DNA of 60,774 nucleotides, the filler included, from Hausera hauseri (taxonomy: Eukaryota): assembly GCA_046269625.1 (NCBI GenBank). It is 11 parts of 11 records of this genome, joined end to end, with 100 filler letters (N's around TTAATTAATTAA, not from the genome) between each part and the next. Parts side by side here need not be neighbours in the genome. Positions count along the whole stretch, not along the records: positions 8,727 to 13,913 come from JBJURY010313275.1; positions 14,014 to 18,482 come from JBJURY010565116.1; positions 18,583 to 24,668 come from JBJURY010142647.1; 8 more parts are not named here. One strand, written 5' to 3'. Below are positions 9,218 to 22,499 of this stretch, piece by piece (position 1 is the stretch's first letter; each line of letters opens with the position of its first letter). The notes beneath the pieces are model-generated. The model did no database searches, was not told where the DNA came from, and saw nothing but the letters and a program-made list of their open reading frames with translations. Position numbers and translations under genes: made by a program.

Positions 9218-12200
9218 GCATCACGGTGTGACCGACTGTCCGACCGTCTGTCCAATGTCCGTGGGTCCTACGCCACGGTCCGTTACCTTACCACGTCAAC
9301 CACTAGGGCCAACACCGACTATTTCCTTTTTATTCTTCCTAAATAATTGTCATTTTATCACACTCGATACAACGTACTTTATAGACACATATTACTTGCA
9401 CAATTATGTGCTACACTTTGCTAATTTACCTAATATTTACCTCATTTACAACAACCTACCTGTGATTAATGTAAATTTCCGCAATCTTTTTGTTCATTCA
9501 TCCCGTTACGTCATTATTCACATGCACTTTCGTATCCGTGGTGGCATGGATCCTTCGGCCACCATTGACACTACTGACAAAACTAATTCTAAATTATCAC
9601 CTTTCACTTTTCACCAAAAATCAACGACCGTCACCACGCCATCTACTTTCACCACTTATACACCTTCCATTCCGCCATCCAAACACACTTCTCCGTTCAC
9701 AGAATACCTTATTGACCATGAAAAGTCCAGCAAAACCTGGCTTAACTTACAAACTTTGGCTGCAGTCTAACAACATTATTAACCCTTCAGCCAAAGCTTA
9801 AAGATTACTTTACCTCTTACCAAACTGAGTAAAAACTTCTCTTCACGATATTTTAGACATCTTTTAACAATCCGATCCGTACACTCATGTCTATAATGCA
9901 ATTTTGAAACTCACAGAACCGTCTACGGATTCTATAATCTATAGATTCTTCAACGATAACGCTATGGGTACAAAAAAACCATCAGATTTTCTCAGAACCT
10001 TTCTCGCTCATCTTCAAACACTTGGCGTTACAAAACAAAATAATTCCGATCTCTTACGACGTTACTTTTTAAACGCATTGCCGATCCAAATCAGAGCCCT
10101 GCTTACCGTTGTCGAGGAATCGACGGCACTAGATAAGTTAGCCGAACTTGCGGACAAAACGTACGAGATTTTACATTTAAACACAGCCTATCATTTCTGC
10201 AGCGCTTACAGCAAATGACAACACATTAGAATATCAAATTCAACAGTTGTGAGCCGAAAATGCAGCCCTACATAATACAATAAACAATATCAATGATAGA
10301 TTAAATGAAATCTCTTTGTCTCAACAGAAGAGTTCCACCTATGATCGCACATGCTCTGTACCAATAGGTCAGTCACCTTCTCCTGCACTATAGCTGATCT
10401 GTTTCTACCATGATAGGTTTGCTCATAAAGCACGAAAATGTCATTTTGGGTGCCGCTTTTACACCAAAAAGTATCAAGTTAACAACACTATTTGCATCTA
10501 CCACGCAAAATTTAAGAATGAGGCACATAAGTGTATTTTTGGTTGTACCTTTTGAAGCAGCACACAGCATACGAACGTCGGACTTACTGTCTTGTCTTCT
10601 AATAGCCGACCAAGTTTACCACTGACAAAAAGCTAATTCCACCACCAGAGCTTACGGCGAATCCTGGTGAAGGCCATTCATCAGTTTCTACCAGCCGAAA
10701 ACTTTCTTTCGGCGTATTTACCGTAAAGGCAGTAACTACGTTAACAACAACCCGCCACATAGACTTCCTTATAGATTCAGGTGCAGCGATTTCGTTACTG
10801 CCGCTCATCTTCCCAACTTAACACACTTCATCTAAAAATAAGCCTCTATTTACCGCTTCCGGACAACCGCTACAATTTTTGGTGCATGCAGGCTCTTTTT
10901 ACCCTTCCGATATTTCTTTCAGTGTTTCACTGGACGTTTACCGTTGCGAACGTCCAGATAGCCATTTTAGGATCCGACTTTCTTTCGCACTGTAATCTTT
11001 TTGTCGATTGCAAACAACGTTGCTTAACAAGTGGTTGCAATAAGGAGTGATTCGATCACTCCGATACAATTTCGCCTGTTGTACGGGCAAATGCAACTCG
11101 AAATCCTAGTATTAAGAAAACCGTTAAACAAATGTTTTTCTTATAATCATGGTACCTTGTTTTATAAATTACAAAAAAACAATATTTCTGACGATTGGGG
11201 TTTGCACGGCGATGAAAGTGTGGTGATTATCGCCATTTGAACACTTTGACCATAATGGATGCATACCCGCTGCCACTCATTAAGGATATCTTACACCGTC
11301 TCCATTCAACTACCATTTATTCTACCACTGATTTATCCAAAGCCTACCACAAAATTCCTATGGCACTTGAAGATATTGAAAAAATAGCCGTCACTACTCC
11401 TTTTGGCTTTTACGAATATCTGTACGTGCCTTTTGGCCTACGAAATGCTGCACAGACCTTTCAACGCCACATCGATGATATACGTTTTAATTTTCCATAT
11501 GCTCATTCCTATATCGATGACCTATTAATCGTTTCTTCTTAAACCCAACAACACGAAGAACACCTCAGATCAATTTTTTAACTTTTATACCAGCATAACC
11601 TGCAGATTAATTTCGCCAAATATCACTTTTTTCAGAAGCGTGTAAACTTCCTTGGTCACATTATTTCTTCCGAAGGCCACTCACCTCAGCCCGGTCTAGT
11701 TGAAGCGCTAAAATACGTGCAACTACTTCGAACAACAACAGAAATGAGGTGCTTTTGGGGCACTTTTTACTTCGCTCACAAGTATATGTGGTACTGCTCT
11801 GAATTTACCGCACCATTTGCTCATCTCAGTGGTGAAAAAAAACATCAGCCAATACAATGGACCCATGAAATAGTAAACGAATTCGAAAAGCTAAGGAAAG
11901 GTTTACCAACTGCAGAGATATTAGCTTTCCCTAAGCATGATACACAGCTGATCCTCACTACAAACGCCTCCACTACCGCTGTGGGCGCTGCACCTTATCA
12001 AATCTATAAGGGAAAGAACCAGCCTTTGGAGTTTTTTTCATGCAAGTTAACACTTCTTGAAAGTAGGAACTCAACGTTCTATCGAGAATTATTGGCCATC
12101 GTTCTGGCTTTAAAGCACTTCTCCCACCTACTTGTCGCTCGCCATTTTACTTTACAGACCGATTACAAGCCCTTCTTAAACATCATGGCTAGGAAACATT

Positions 12201-13913
12201 TTTCCTCACGCCAAGAACGACAAATATCATATTTTTCGACATTTAGCTTTGACATAAAACATATTAACGGGGTTAATAATTTGGTTGCCGATTTCTTATA
12301 TAGGACGGTTGGTTCGATTAATTTTTAAGTAATCTTTACTCAAGTACAACTTCAACAGAACTAGCCACCTCAGGATATGTTTAATTCTTTTAAGTCTTGC
12401 AATTGTTGACGGCTTGGCTTTAGACACTTCCAAACCAGGTCATTCCGTAATAATTCTCGCACCATCTTTACAACGGCAAGCTTTTAACAATGTACATTCG
12501 CCACACCACCCTGGCTCTAAATACACATTTCGTTTACTCCACCGAAAAATAGTTCGGCCATCAATGCGTTCCGACGTGCAGGCATGGGTTAAGGAGTGTA
12601 TGGCTTGCCAAAAATACAAAACAACTAAGAATTTCAAGCCACCACTGTTCCACGTTCCCTGCACATCACGTTTTAAATCTTTGCATATTGACATTGTTGG
12701 CCCTCTTCCTCCAGACAACGGTCATCAATTCATTCTCACCATGATGGACCGTTCCTCCCGATGGTGAGAAGCCATCCCTCTACGGATCACAAATACCGAC
12801 ACCATATCTGACGTTTTCATTCGTACATGGATTAGCAGGTTTGGATCACCCCGCTTTATTATCACGTACCAGGGTCCACAGTGTGAATCAAACCTGTTCA
12901 AATCCTTTGTCAACCGATTGGGGATCCATCACATACATACTACGCCTTATCAACCCCAATCGAATGGCCTTCTAGAACGTTTCCACCGAAGACTGAAAAC
13001 GTCACTAAGAATCCATACAGAGTCCAACATTAGTTGCACGAATCTTCTTCCATTTGTTCTGCTTGGCTGGCGGAACACTCCGTCTACTTCTACAGAATGC
13101 TCACCCACTGAAGCCTTATTCGGAATTCCTGTACGATCATTATTCGAACTTACTGCCATAGACGACACTCCAGTAGGTGAAACGATACAGACAGCGCAAA
13201 ATAACTTCGTTACAATCAGTAAATATTCGTTATGCAGGTTATTTCACAACCACAAAACATATTTACCTGAAAACTTGTATTCGGCAAAATTCGTCGGGCT
13301 AAAAAATCAAACACCGTGTAATTTTCAACAACGATATTTGGGGCCTTACAAACTCGTCCAATTACACTCCCACAATGCCATTATTTCTAAAGACAGTGAG
13401 GAAATAGCGGTGCATATCAACAACGTAAAACCCGCTTTATTCGTTGACAATAGTTCTCAAATTGAATCTTCTAACCCCTTTTTGACTCCTCCGCCTTTTC
13501 CCTTTTCAGTTCCTACACCTCCTGCATTCCTTTCCATTCCAGCCTCTACAATTGCTCCTTTACCAGAACCTACACCAAACCCCCCGTCTACTAACCTTCC
13601 CACTTTTATTTCTTTTTCTCCTACATTTTCTCCTCCAGCCCATTTTGCGTCTCTGACCGATGCATCACCTTAAGCGACGAAATCTGACATTGTTTTATCT
13701 CAGTTTCTTCTGCAACCAGATACACAGACATTGAATATTCGCAAATCCATCACATTTAGTACATACAGTAAAGAGATTAGCACTGCAGAGGTACAAAGTC
13801 TTATTCACACAAAAACATCCTAGACAGCCTGCATTGTTTCAACATATTTTCTACTTTCTTACCCTCTAGTCTCTTTTGTTCCACGGGAGGGGGGGGGTGA
13901 TGCTGTGCTGTTA
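9218..13913 (+). mobile_element. Ty3/Gypsy element of the Ubl-Gag family, copy 1: Ubl-gag-PR-RT-RH-INT, decayed
   Basis: 5' terminus ...GCATCA ends at 9223. Gag (DPY, KKPSDFL), protease LIDSG (~10770), RT YIDD, RNase H, integrase HPG...C-x2-C, IDIVGPLP, QSNGLLERFHR. PPT at 13885-13897 is followed by TGATGC at 13898. Part of RT appears replaced (about 11030-11240). Confidence 0.9.
9255..9545 (+). CDS. Ubiquitin-like leader fused in frame to Gag (ends IHMHFRIRGG, Gag Met at 9546)
   Basis: The 75 aa from 9321 to 9545 follow a ubiquitin-like pattern (FLFFLNNCHFITLD ~ IFVKTLTGKTITLE; YLIYNN ~ RLIFAG; IHMHFRIRGG ~ LHLVLRLRGG). Confidence 0.65.
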
Positions 13914-15559
13914 NNNNNNNNNNNNNNNNNNNNNNNNNNNNNNNNNNNNNNNNNNNNTTAATTAATTAANNNNNNNNNNNNNNNNNNNNNNNNNNNNNNN
14001 NNNNNNNNNNNNNAAAAACTATATTTTAAATCACAGTCTATCCATTGATTATGAATAGTTTCATTTCCACAGTGTCATATGTATATTAACTCGTAAAAAT
14101 ACGGGCTGAGTTTATTGGTGTGAAACAGAAATAGACATTCAAATGCGATTCGAAGAAATGAGTGATGTTTGACAATTTATTATCATATAACATGTATTTT
14201 TGATTGGATAATTTTATTAGTTTAACGAAAAGTTTCAACCTCAATTACTTCAAAGGAACAGCACCTTTCTTCTACTCATAGTTTTGTTTAGTTTAAAGGT
14301 CTTAAAACATTATCTTTTAGCTTCGCAGGCCTTTAACTTAAGATTTACTTATTCGATAAAGGTTTGGGGTTTCTCCTTCCCACAAACCAAAACATTGTTA
14401 ATTAGTCTGGAAGCAACATGTGGGGCTTGTTTGGTTTATTTAGCCTTATGGTGTGTTTGGTCACGGGAGTGACACCGGCCGAATAACCTTTTATTTATAG
14501 AATTTGAAACAACCGGCTGATACTGGCCGGAATACCTTATTCGAATCCCGAAATTTATAAATTATTAAATATATTATATGTCTTACTTATATAATTAGTA
14601 TAAAAAGAACCGAGAACAATAGAGCTTTAATAAAATATCATAAGGTAACCAAGAAAATAAAGATAAAATTATAATAGTACAATTAACTTACAAATATTGG
14701 CCATAATAATAGGATGAATCATGGAACGTCGGTTCTGATTTTTAGATAAAGTTATTTTATGTTACTAGATTCATACATGTATTGTTCAATCCCCATCTAG
14801 ATAATTCAAGAATTGACAGTTATTTACCGTTAACCTGGTAAGGAGAACAAATTTAATCGTTTTATCTATAGTGTTGGGAGAGCTTTATGAGCACTTACCT
14901 AATCGTACGTCGGTAATGTGTACTTAAGTAGTCTAAGAAGTTAGGTGTTTTACTTGCTAAGGTTTAATATCCTATAATTTTACTTAGGGTATTAATTAAA
15001 TCGCCGCCAGGTAGTGTTAGACCTGAGCGACTAGGATCCACCAATTAATTAGGCTTATTCACTTACTTACTTAATAACGGAAGACAATTTAAAAAGAAAA
15101 ATATATTTCTCTACAATATACAACTTTACTTTTATCAATAAAACTAGTATCGTGCAATTACCGAAAACGTTAACTATTATACAGAACGATTACCAATGAA
15201 TGACATAAAAATATAAGAATGAAATAAAATTCTTACGTGAGTTCATGTTGATAAAAATTTTGTCAAAGAAGCCATCAAATCATTTGGCTTATATATCAAT
15301 TCATATGTCCATAGAAACACAACATAATTGTCCGTTTTTGGACTAAATGTCCAAATTAGGACATTTAAATGAACAGACATGGAGACAAAAAATAAATACA
15401 TTAATCCGTATGGAAGAAAATAAATCCATAACATAAATAACACAACAGAATATAAAAAATCAATAGGAGCAACGTTAGGCAGCAATATTTGCTTGCCTGC
15501 AATCAATTGGAGTAGCTTTACTCCGATTGGATAGTCACATACTGTCACAATAGGCAAAA

Positions 15560-16200
15560 TATTAAAGTAGTAAATGGTAATCGTTTTAGAAAGCTATCAG
15601 TTAAACCAACTTTTAAACATTGTAAATTAATTGAAAATGTAACAGTTCACATGTTGAGAAATTCAATATTTAACAAATTTAATTATGTAGGATTCACAGT
15701 ATTAGAATTAAGTAAATTAATAATGTATAAATTTTTGTATGATGGATCGTATAGTAATTATATAACTGATGATTGTAGGGTATATTTTACAGATACTGAT
15801 TTATGCTTTGTTGAAATGAATGATACCTTAGGGAACATTAAAGAGAATTTGAAAGAATGGGTAGTTCCAAATTTTTTAGGAAAGGTGAAGACTGAATTAT
15901 AAGACGATTACATAACTAAAGCAGTTATCCTAAAAGCAATATGTTATGATTGACACATTGAAAACGAGTGTTCAGAAATGTAAAGGCTTGAACAAGTACA
16001 ATAAATTATTAATTGAAGAATAGAAAAATGTCATTTAATGATCTAACAATTTATAAAAGAAATTATGGATTGATATCCAATCACCATAAAATTTAATTGT
16101 ATGAACAAGAGGAAACTGCTGATAAAAAAGAAGAAACTGATGATAAAACACTATGAATTCTGTAAATAGTATTCCATTTGGATATGTTGAAATATTTTAT
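15560..16200 (+). pseudogene. Heavily decayed pPolB C-terminal fragment
   Basis: YVGFTVLELSKLIMYKFLY, FTDTD, LGKVKTE. Confidence 0.75.
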
Positions 16201-16899
16201 ATTAAAAAGTGAGTGGTGAAATTATTCAAGAATTTTTAAATAACGAAAATAATCTTTTTATTTTAATACAATCAGAAGCATTCAAAATGTTATCAGAAAA
16301 TGATAAACAATTATTTTTAAATAGACATTCTTTTGGAATTCATAGATGTAAAGGAAATAAATGAATATAGTATTATTTATTTTTACATTTTAGAAAAACG
16401 AGATTGATGGATTAAATAAAGTTCGTTAATCTTGCTCTGAAATGAGGACGTATCATAATTACAAATGTACTCAATATTATCTTCATGTTTCGCTAAAACG
16501 AGAATTTCCTTAAATAATAATTGTTTGATATTTCATACCTCTAACTTTGTCGCCTAATTTTGGAATTATTGATTTAACATTTTTCGTTTTCTCATTTACG
16601 TCAAAATTTTCAAGATAAAGGGGTGTATAAAGAGTTGAATATTTATCTTCAATAGCCGGTGTTTTATGTGGATTGTTCTATAATCTCAGTCTGTTTATCA
16701 ATTGATTTCTTAATTAAGTCTACTTTTATTACAGGTTTCTGAAAATGTCGTATCTCTTCTTTTAAAATGTTTTGATTTTTAACTTGCATTACCTGCTTAT
16801 TATATTCATTATAATTTTTAATCACTTAGTAATAATTCTCGAATTTCAATAATTTGGCAAACGAATAAACGAATAATTTGGCAACCGTTGCTTTTCGCT

Positions 16900-18208
16900 G
16901 TCAGCGATGAGTGTTATCTGTGCCGAAAAATACTACCGTTTTATGCACTCTAACGGCTCGTATTGGATCACGACTATTTCATCGGTCGATACTTGGGAGC
17001 AGAATGCAATTTATGCAATTTAGCAAGGCGAGTGCGATCATTCCTGCCGATGATCTTTCATAATTTCCGAGGTTATGACTCACCATGTTCTCAAATGGGC
17101 CATTAACGCCTTTCCGCACTGGAAACTGCATAGTTCCGACTACGATGGAGAAATACCTGTCACTGTCTGCTCATATGAACCGGTTCCAGGTACGCTTCCT
17201 TGATTCATTGCAATTTCTCAATGAATCATAGGCAACGATAGTAAATGCCTTGCCAGATGTGCCGATACCACTCACGCAGTTTGCTGCACATTGCACGCAG
17301 CAAAGGTATATATTGATGACTGCAACATTATATGAGCCACGCCGGACAGCAGGTGAATTACCGCCGTGATGGACAGGTGTTGCAGAAGATGAATATTGGA
17401 GCACAAGAATCTTGGACAGAACTGGGCTGTAGAAACATGTTAGATTACATGCTCCAGTATCTTAAACTGGACGTCTACTTATTAGCCGACGTGTTTCAAG
17501 CATTTCGGACCAAAGCGCTGACGGAATATAGGTTGGCGCCACTCAACTTTTATTCCATACCGGGAATGAGTTTTGCGTCAGCTCTAATGTCACTGGATCG
17601 AGACATTGAGCTGCTGCAAGACCCGGAGATGTACCGGCTGTTTGATGTTGGTATTTGCGGCGGCATGACATTTTTCAAGAATCATCAGGTCAGTGCTACC
17701 GATACCGCATCTCTACTGTATATTGATATTAATAATCTGTACGGCTCGGCGCTTTCGCAACCCTTGCGTACGGTTCATTCGAATGGGTTGTCGACAGACA
17801 AGATCTGGACGACATAATGGTCAATCTACCATGAGTATACATGGCAGGCTCAGTTGGATACCTGATGGAGGTTGATCTCGTGGTACCAGATGAGCTGCAT
17901 GACGTTTTGGACGATTTACCGGTAGCACCATTTAACCAATATCCACCAGGCTCAAAAGTGAAGAAACTGCTCATGACGCTGAACCGAAGCTGAATTACGT
18001 GATCCATTGGCGTCTGCTACAGTTCTACATACAGCTCGGTGTACGCGTCACACAGCTGCATCGCGCAATCCGATTTGCTCAGGCTCCCATATTCAAGGCG
18101 TACATAGATGGAAATTGGAAGGAACGAGCCGCAACTTGTGCAAAGTTTGAAAAGTATTACAAGCTGAAAAACAATTTCCTGTACGGAAAAACTGGAGAAC
18201 CTGAGTAA
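16900..18208 (+). pseudogene. pPolB fragment (exonuclease/palm region), frameshifted
   Basis: YLKLDVYLLADVF, GICGG, YIDINNLYG, YKLKNNFLYGKT. Confidence 0.85.
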
Positions 18209-18582
18209 AGAAGACTGCTCGACAAAGTCGGAGGATCGAAATCTTTGAGTTCATCTGCTTTATTTTCCATCATAATTGAAATAAGTCCAGTTTTTAAAGT
18301 GTTTATTTATCCATTATTTAAACAAATTAAAATAAATAATAACTTGCTTATTATTTATTTTTGCTGCTCCATTACTTTCCCCTCCTTTATGATCCTTGTT
18401 CACTCTTCAACCATTCCACTCTTCTACGAATCATTCTACCATCTTCCATGTTTTTCAACTCCCACTGATGCGGCGAAATTTGNNNNNNNNNNNNNNNNNN
18501 NNNNNNNNNNNNNNNNNNNNNNNNNNTTAATTAATTAANNNNNNNNNNNNNNNNNNNNNNNNNNNNNNNNNNNNNNNNNNNN

Positions 18583-18957
18583 TCAACAGAACAGGCAACA
18601 ACTTTCCTATTGATAGCCTCAAATTCTTTAATTCGATCACTGAATGCAACAATTTCTGTTGGACAGACAAATGTGAAATCCAAAGAATAAAAAAGGAAAC
18701 CAAATAGCCGCCTTTAAAATCCGATAATTTAATATCTTTAAACGTTTTATTTATTACGGCTGTTCCTTCCAAATCTGGTGCTAGTCTTGAAATTTGAGCT
18801 TTTCTAATGTGGAGATTAAGAGTTCCATGAGATTTTAACTCCTTGGCATATACTGTTCCACCAGAAATTTTGCATCTTTCACAAAGTTCACCGGTTACCA
18901 AATACAGAAGAAAAAGCGCGATAACGCTATTCAAGACGTGTATTGTTTTTCCAGGAT
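18583..18957 (-). pseudogene. PRDX4: Peroxiredoxin-4 5' fragment directly after the 3' terminus of Gypsy copy 4
   Basis: Signal peptide plus GGTVY...KAQISRLAPDLEGTAVI...[10 protein letters not shown], then [14 protein letters not shown] after a frameshift. No intron is seen. Confidence 0.88.
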
Positions 18958-21455
18958 TGTGGGACATCTACTGCCGCGGCACCACATAACCCCCGTGGCA
19001 AAGATGGCATTACGTAAAGCAAAAAAGTAAAAAGGGAAAACTGCGAGAAAAAAACAATGTCTGTGATCTTCTCAGTTTTTGTATGAACTAGACTTTGAAT
19101 CTTAACGTTATTTTGTTCCCTGCTATATTTACTGAAGGTAACTGTCTTGCTTGTTTGACGTTCTGTTTAACGGCTTGCTGAAATGGTTGGAGTGAAGTTA
19201 TATCTTGATTTGATATGTGAGCAAGTTGAAAACTGGTCGGTGTATCACTTAGTATTTCTTAATGATTTTCTGCGGATTTTAGGGTAGCAAGTTGAAGTGT
19301 AGATATATTGCAAGAAGAATTGAAGGAGTCAAGAAAGGTTGGTGCAGACTCAGCCGAGGAATCCGGTGTGTCATTAACGAAGAACGTAGGTTTCATGTTC
19401 ATTATGTGCGCGTTTTGTTCTTTGCCGTTTTGGAGTATTGAAATTGTGTGTGAAGTAATGTTGAGAATTTTAAACGGTCCTAAATAGTGCGGTTGAAATC
19501 CAGATGTTGAGGGATGTTTCAACCACACGAACTCTGCTTTAAAGAGTGAGTCACGTAAATATGTTTCGTCGCCGTGTATTATTTTATAGAAAGAGTCTCG
19601 ACTTAGCCGGACGAAATGATCTTGTGCGGACCTAATGGTTCCGTCAGTCGTTGTGTTGTCTTAATTGGTCAGTTCAAAAACTGCACGAATTGTGGTGCCG
19701 AAGAGTGTTTCAGCGGGTGTGCAACCGATGGTGGTAGAAGGCGTGTTGCGCCACTCGAGTAATTTGAATGGAAGAATGGTAGCCCAGTTCGTATGTGTTT
19801 CGGCTAGCATTTTGGGGAGATTTTAAGAGTTCTGTGAAATCGCTCCAATAAGCCGTTCGGCTGGGGATGGTATGGAGTAGTAGGAATATGGTTCATGCCC
19901 AGTCGATTAACTAAGGATTTGAATAGGTTCGATTCAAACTGGAGGCTTTGATCTGTGATAATATATGGCGGTGAACCAAACCGACTAATCCAAACTCTTA
20001 TAAAGGCATCGCCGATGGAGTCAGTGTAGATGGAGCGCAAGGGAACAGCCTCGGGCCAACGAGATGCGCGGTCCATCGTTGTTAAGACGAACTGGTGGCC
20101 ATTATCAGAAGGTAATGGGCCAACAATATCTAGCTGAACTGATTCAAAGCAGGACGTACAGGGGAAATAGAATAATGGTGGCTTAAGATGCTTAGCTACT
20201 TTGAATTTTTGGCAAGCCATACATTGCCTAACCCAACCCTGTACGTCAGATCTCATTGATGGCCATGTGACGTGACGTTTGAGTAGACGGAATGTAGCCT
20301 TCGAAACTGGGTGATGCAAGGAATGAATATGGATGAATGCTGTTTGTTGAAGAGAAGGTGCCAAAATTGGCAAATGGTGCACAGGTGTCGAAGTGTCCAT
20401 GGCTACGCCATCAATAATTTGGACAGATTTATATTGTTTAAGTATTTCAGTAGAAGGAGGATTCTAAACCAATTGTTCTTTAGAAAAAATAGGCATGACG
20501 CTAATTGCACTAACCGATAGTGACAAAAAATCCGCTATTAAATTATCGGTGCCAGAAATGTGGCAGATTTTAAAGTTGAACGTTGACAAGTACGAAATAT
20601 GACGTTCTTGTCGAAATGATGGATGCTTCATGTTCATTACGTGAACGAGGGGCTTGTAGTCTGTTTGAATGGTGAAAGACTGGGCGATAAGTAAATGTGA
20701 AAAATGTTTTAATGGCTAAAACGATGGCCAGGAGTTCCCTATCGAAGATGGAATAAGGGCAGTCTTGTGACTGGAGCTTACGTGAAAAGAATTCTAGTGG
20801 TTCATTTATTCCTTGAGATATTTGATGGAGAACCGCTCCGACGGCTGTGGTTGACGCGTCGGTTGTCAGGATGAGATCGGCACCAGGTTTTAAATTAGCC
20901 AAGATTTCAACGGTTTTAAGATTATTGCGGAGCTCATCAAACTGGTTTAAAGGTTCTGGCGTCAAATATAAAGGTTTCGTCTTTGGTCTTGCTCCTAGTT
21001 GAGGGAAAGGAGCAGTTAACTGGCCGCAGTGTGGGACATACTTATGAACGAAATGCAAAGCTCAGAGAAAGCTGCGCATATCAGTTGTAGTTTTTGGCAA
21101 TTCGATATTTCGTAATTAGTGAATTCTATCAGGCTGTGGACTGTGACCGTCAGGCGTGATGATGTGGCCTAGGAAGTTGACTTTCTTTTGAAAGAATGTA
21201 CATTTTGCGAAGTTAACCTGTAAGTTCTTGTTGTGCCGGCGTTAAAAAACAAGTTTGAGGTGTTCAGCGTGTTGCTTAGGTGAAGATGATGCTACCAGTA
21301 TATCGTCGATATATGTGTAAGCGAATGGTAGGCCTGAAAGGATAAAATCGATATGCCGTTGAAAGGTTTGGGCTGCGTTCTTTAAGCCAAACTGCATGAA
21401 GGCGTATTCGAAGAGGCCAAATGGTGTTATTATCGCCGTTTTTGGATGTCTTCAG

Positions 21456-22499
21456 TGTGGTTGGCTGACATGTTTACCTTTTGTTGTGAATAGGTCTGAT
21501 CTGGGTTTACGATAATTGTTATACCACTGAGGGAATGCTTTGGTGACATTGATCCATTGCCGCTTTTCGGTGCACCTGATGAGGATATGTAACAATGATC
21601 AACGCCAAAATTCGGATCATCGCACGGTTTAACACCGATCATGAGATTACCGTTCAAAATACGTCCGTTACGCGATTGAGCAAAGACGGCGTGCATTCGA
21701 ACTTCAAATTGAAAATGCATCCAGTTGCCACTGTTGGGTATATATTTCTTCTGAATAACACCAATTTCCGAAAGGTATGATAGAATTAATTGGGATTCGG
21801 TTGATGAATAATTAAAAACTGTCACTCAGTTTTCCATAGTTTTATTTTCGTCTTCTGCCTTTGCATTAAAACGTTTATGACTATTGTAAAAATGACTTCG
21901 TTTTGAACTATTCAATATTGCCGGATACCGTGATAAAACGACTGAAGAATTGTCATTTTGGATCATTTTGCATGTCGGGGATTTATTCCAATTACTGGCA
22001 ATAGGTGGACCATTTCTTCGTCGACTGTGATGGAATGATTCTTGACGTGTGATATCTCTAGATTGACGAGTGTCCATTTGCCTTGTATTCAATGTACTAT
22101 TTGACAATTTTGATTGGTTTAATACGGATTCATTAGCAGATGATAGATTCATTGCTAATAAAAAATTTGGGGAAACGCCCTGCTGTGAATTGGAATTGCA
22201 ATCAACCAAACTGTCATCAAGTGGGGAAAATACATTCTTTCTCATTGTGCGCTCAGAAATTTGAAATCAGCAAATTCGGCAACTAATTACAAAAAAATCC
22301 GACAATCAATTATAAATTTTTTTTGATAATTATAGCACAAAGTACAAAAGTTTACATCACCTCCAAAGTCCGCTAAAAAGGAATAAATTCAACTACTTTC
22401 GAAATTCACAATTTATATTTTTTCCATATTTTAAACAAAATCCATTTACATAACGAGATCCACTTGCAGATCACCAATTGGGTGAATATAGGCACCACA
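21456..22499 (-). mobile_element. Solo-LTR-like unit TGTGGT...ACCACA with 5-bp TSD, carrying NUP35 sequence
   Basis: Splits RT cleanly (VAP|EDIQKTAIITPFG). Flanks are ttcag (21451-55) and tttag (22500-04). It starts with the same TGTGGTGCC as the post-PPT terminus at 18986. Confidence 0.85.
21470..22245 (-). pseudogene. NUP35: NUP35/Nup53 5' fragment (RRM), intron-less, with a premature stop
   Basis: (W>stop)VTVF...GNWMHFQF...NGRILNGNLMIGVKPCDD matches the Nup35 RRM WVTVFGF...GNWMHIRY...DGRIFGESIMIGVKPCID. Confidence 0.88.

Noticed and set aside
9224-9245. Canonical tRNA primer-binding site for the Ubl-Gag family
   Set aside because: Sequences after the 5' termini (cggtgtgacc, ttttgctgcc, caacgtgcag) disagree and lack a clean TGG, so no primer tRNA can be assigned.
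8820-9770. 316-aa ORF as one gene (likewise 45306-46661 and 25111-25839)
   Set aside because: These are read-throughs across a host fragment, the terminus and the Ubl-Gag leader. They are probably chance in-frame fusions, with no evidence of function.
14014-15560. Possible LTR/PBS (TGGTCACGGG near 14458) and a TA-rich structured segment
   Set aside because: No second LTR, coding motif or convincing fold could be established by eye.
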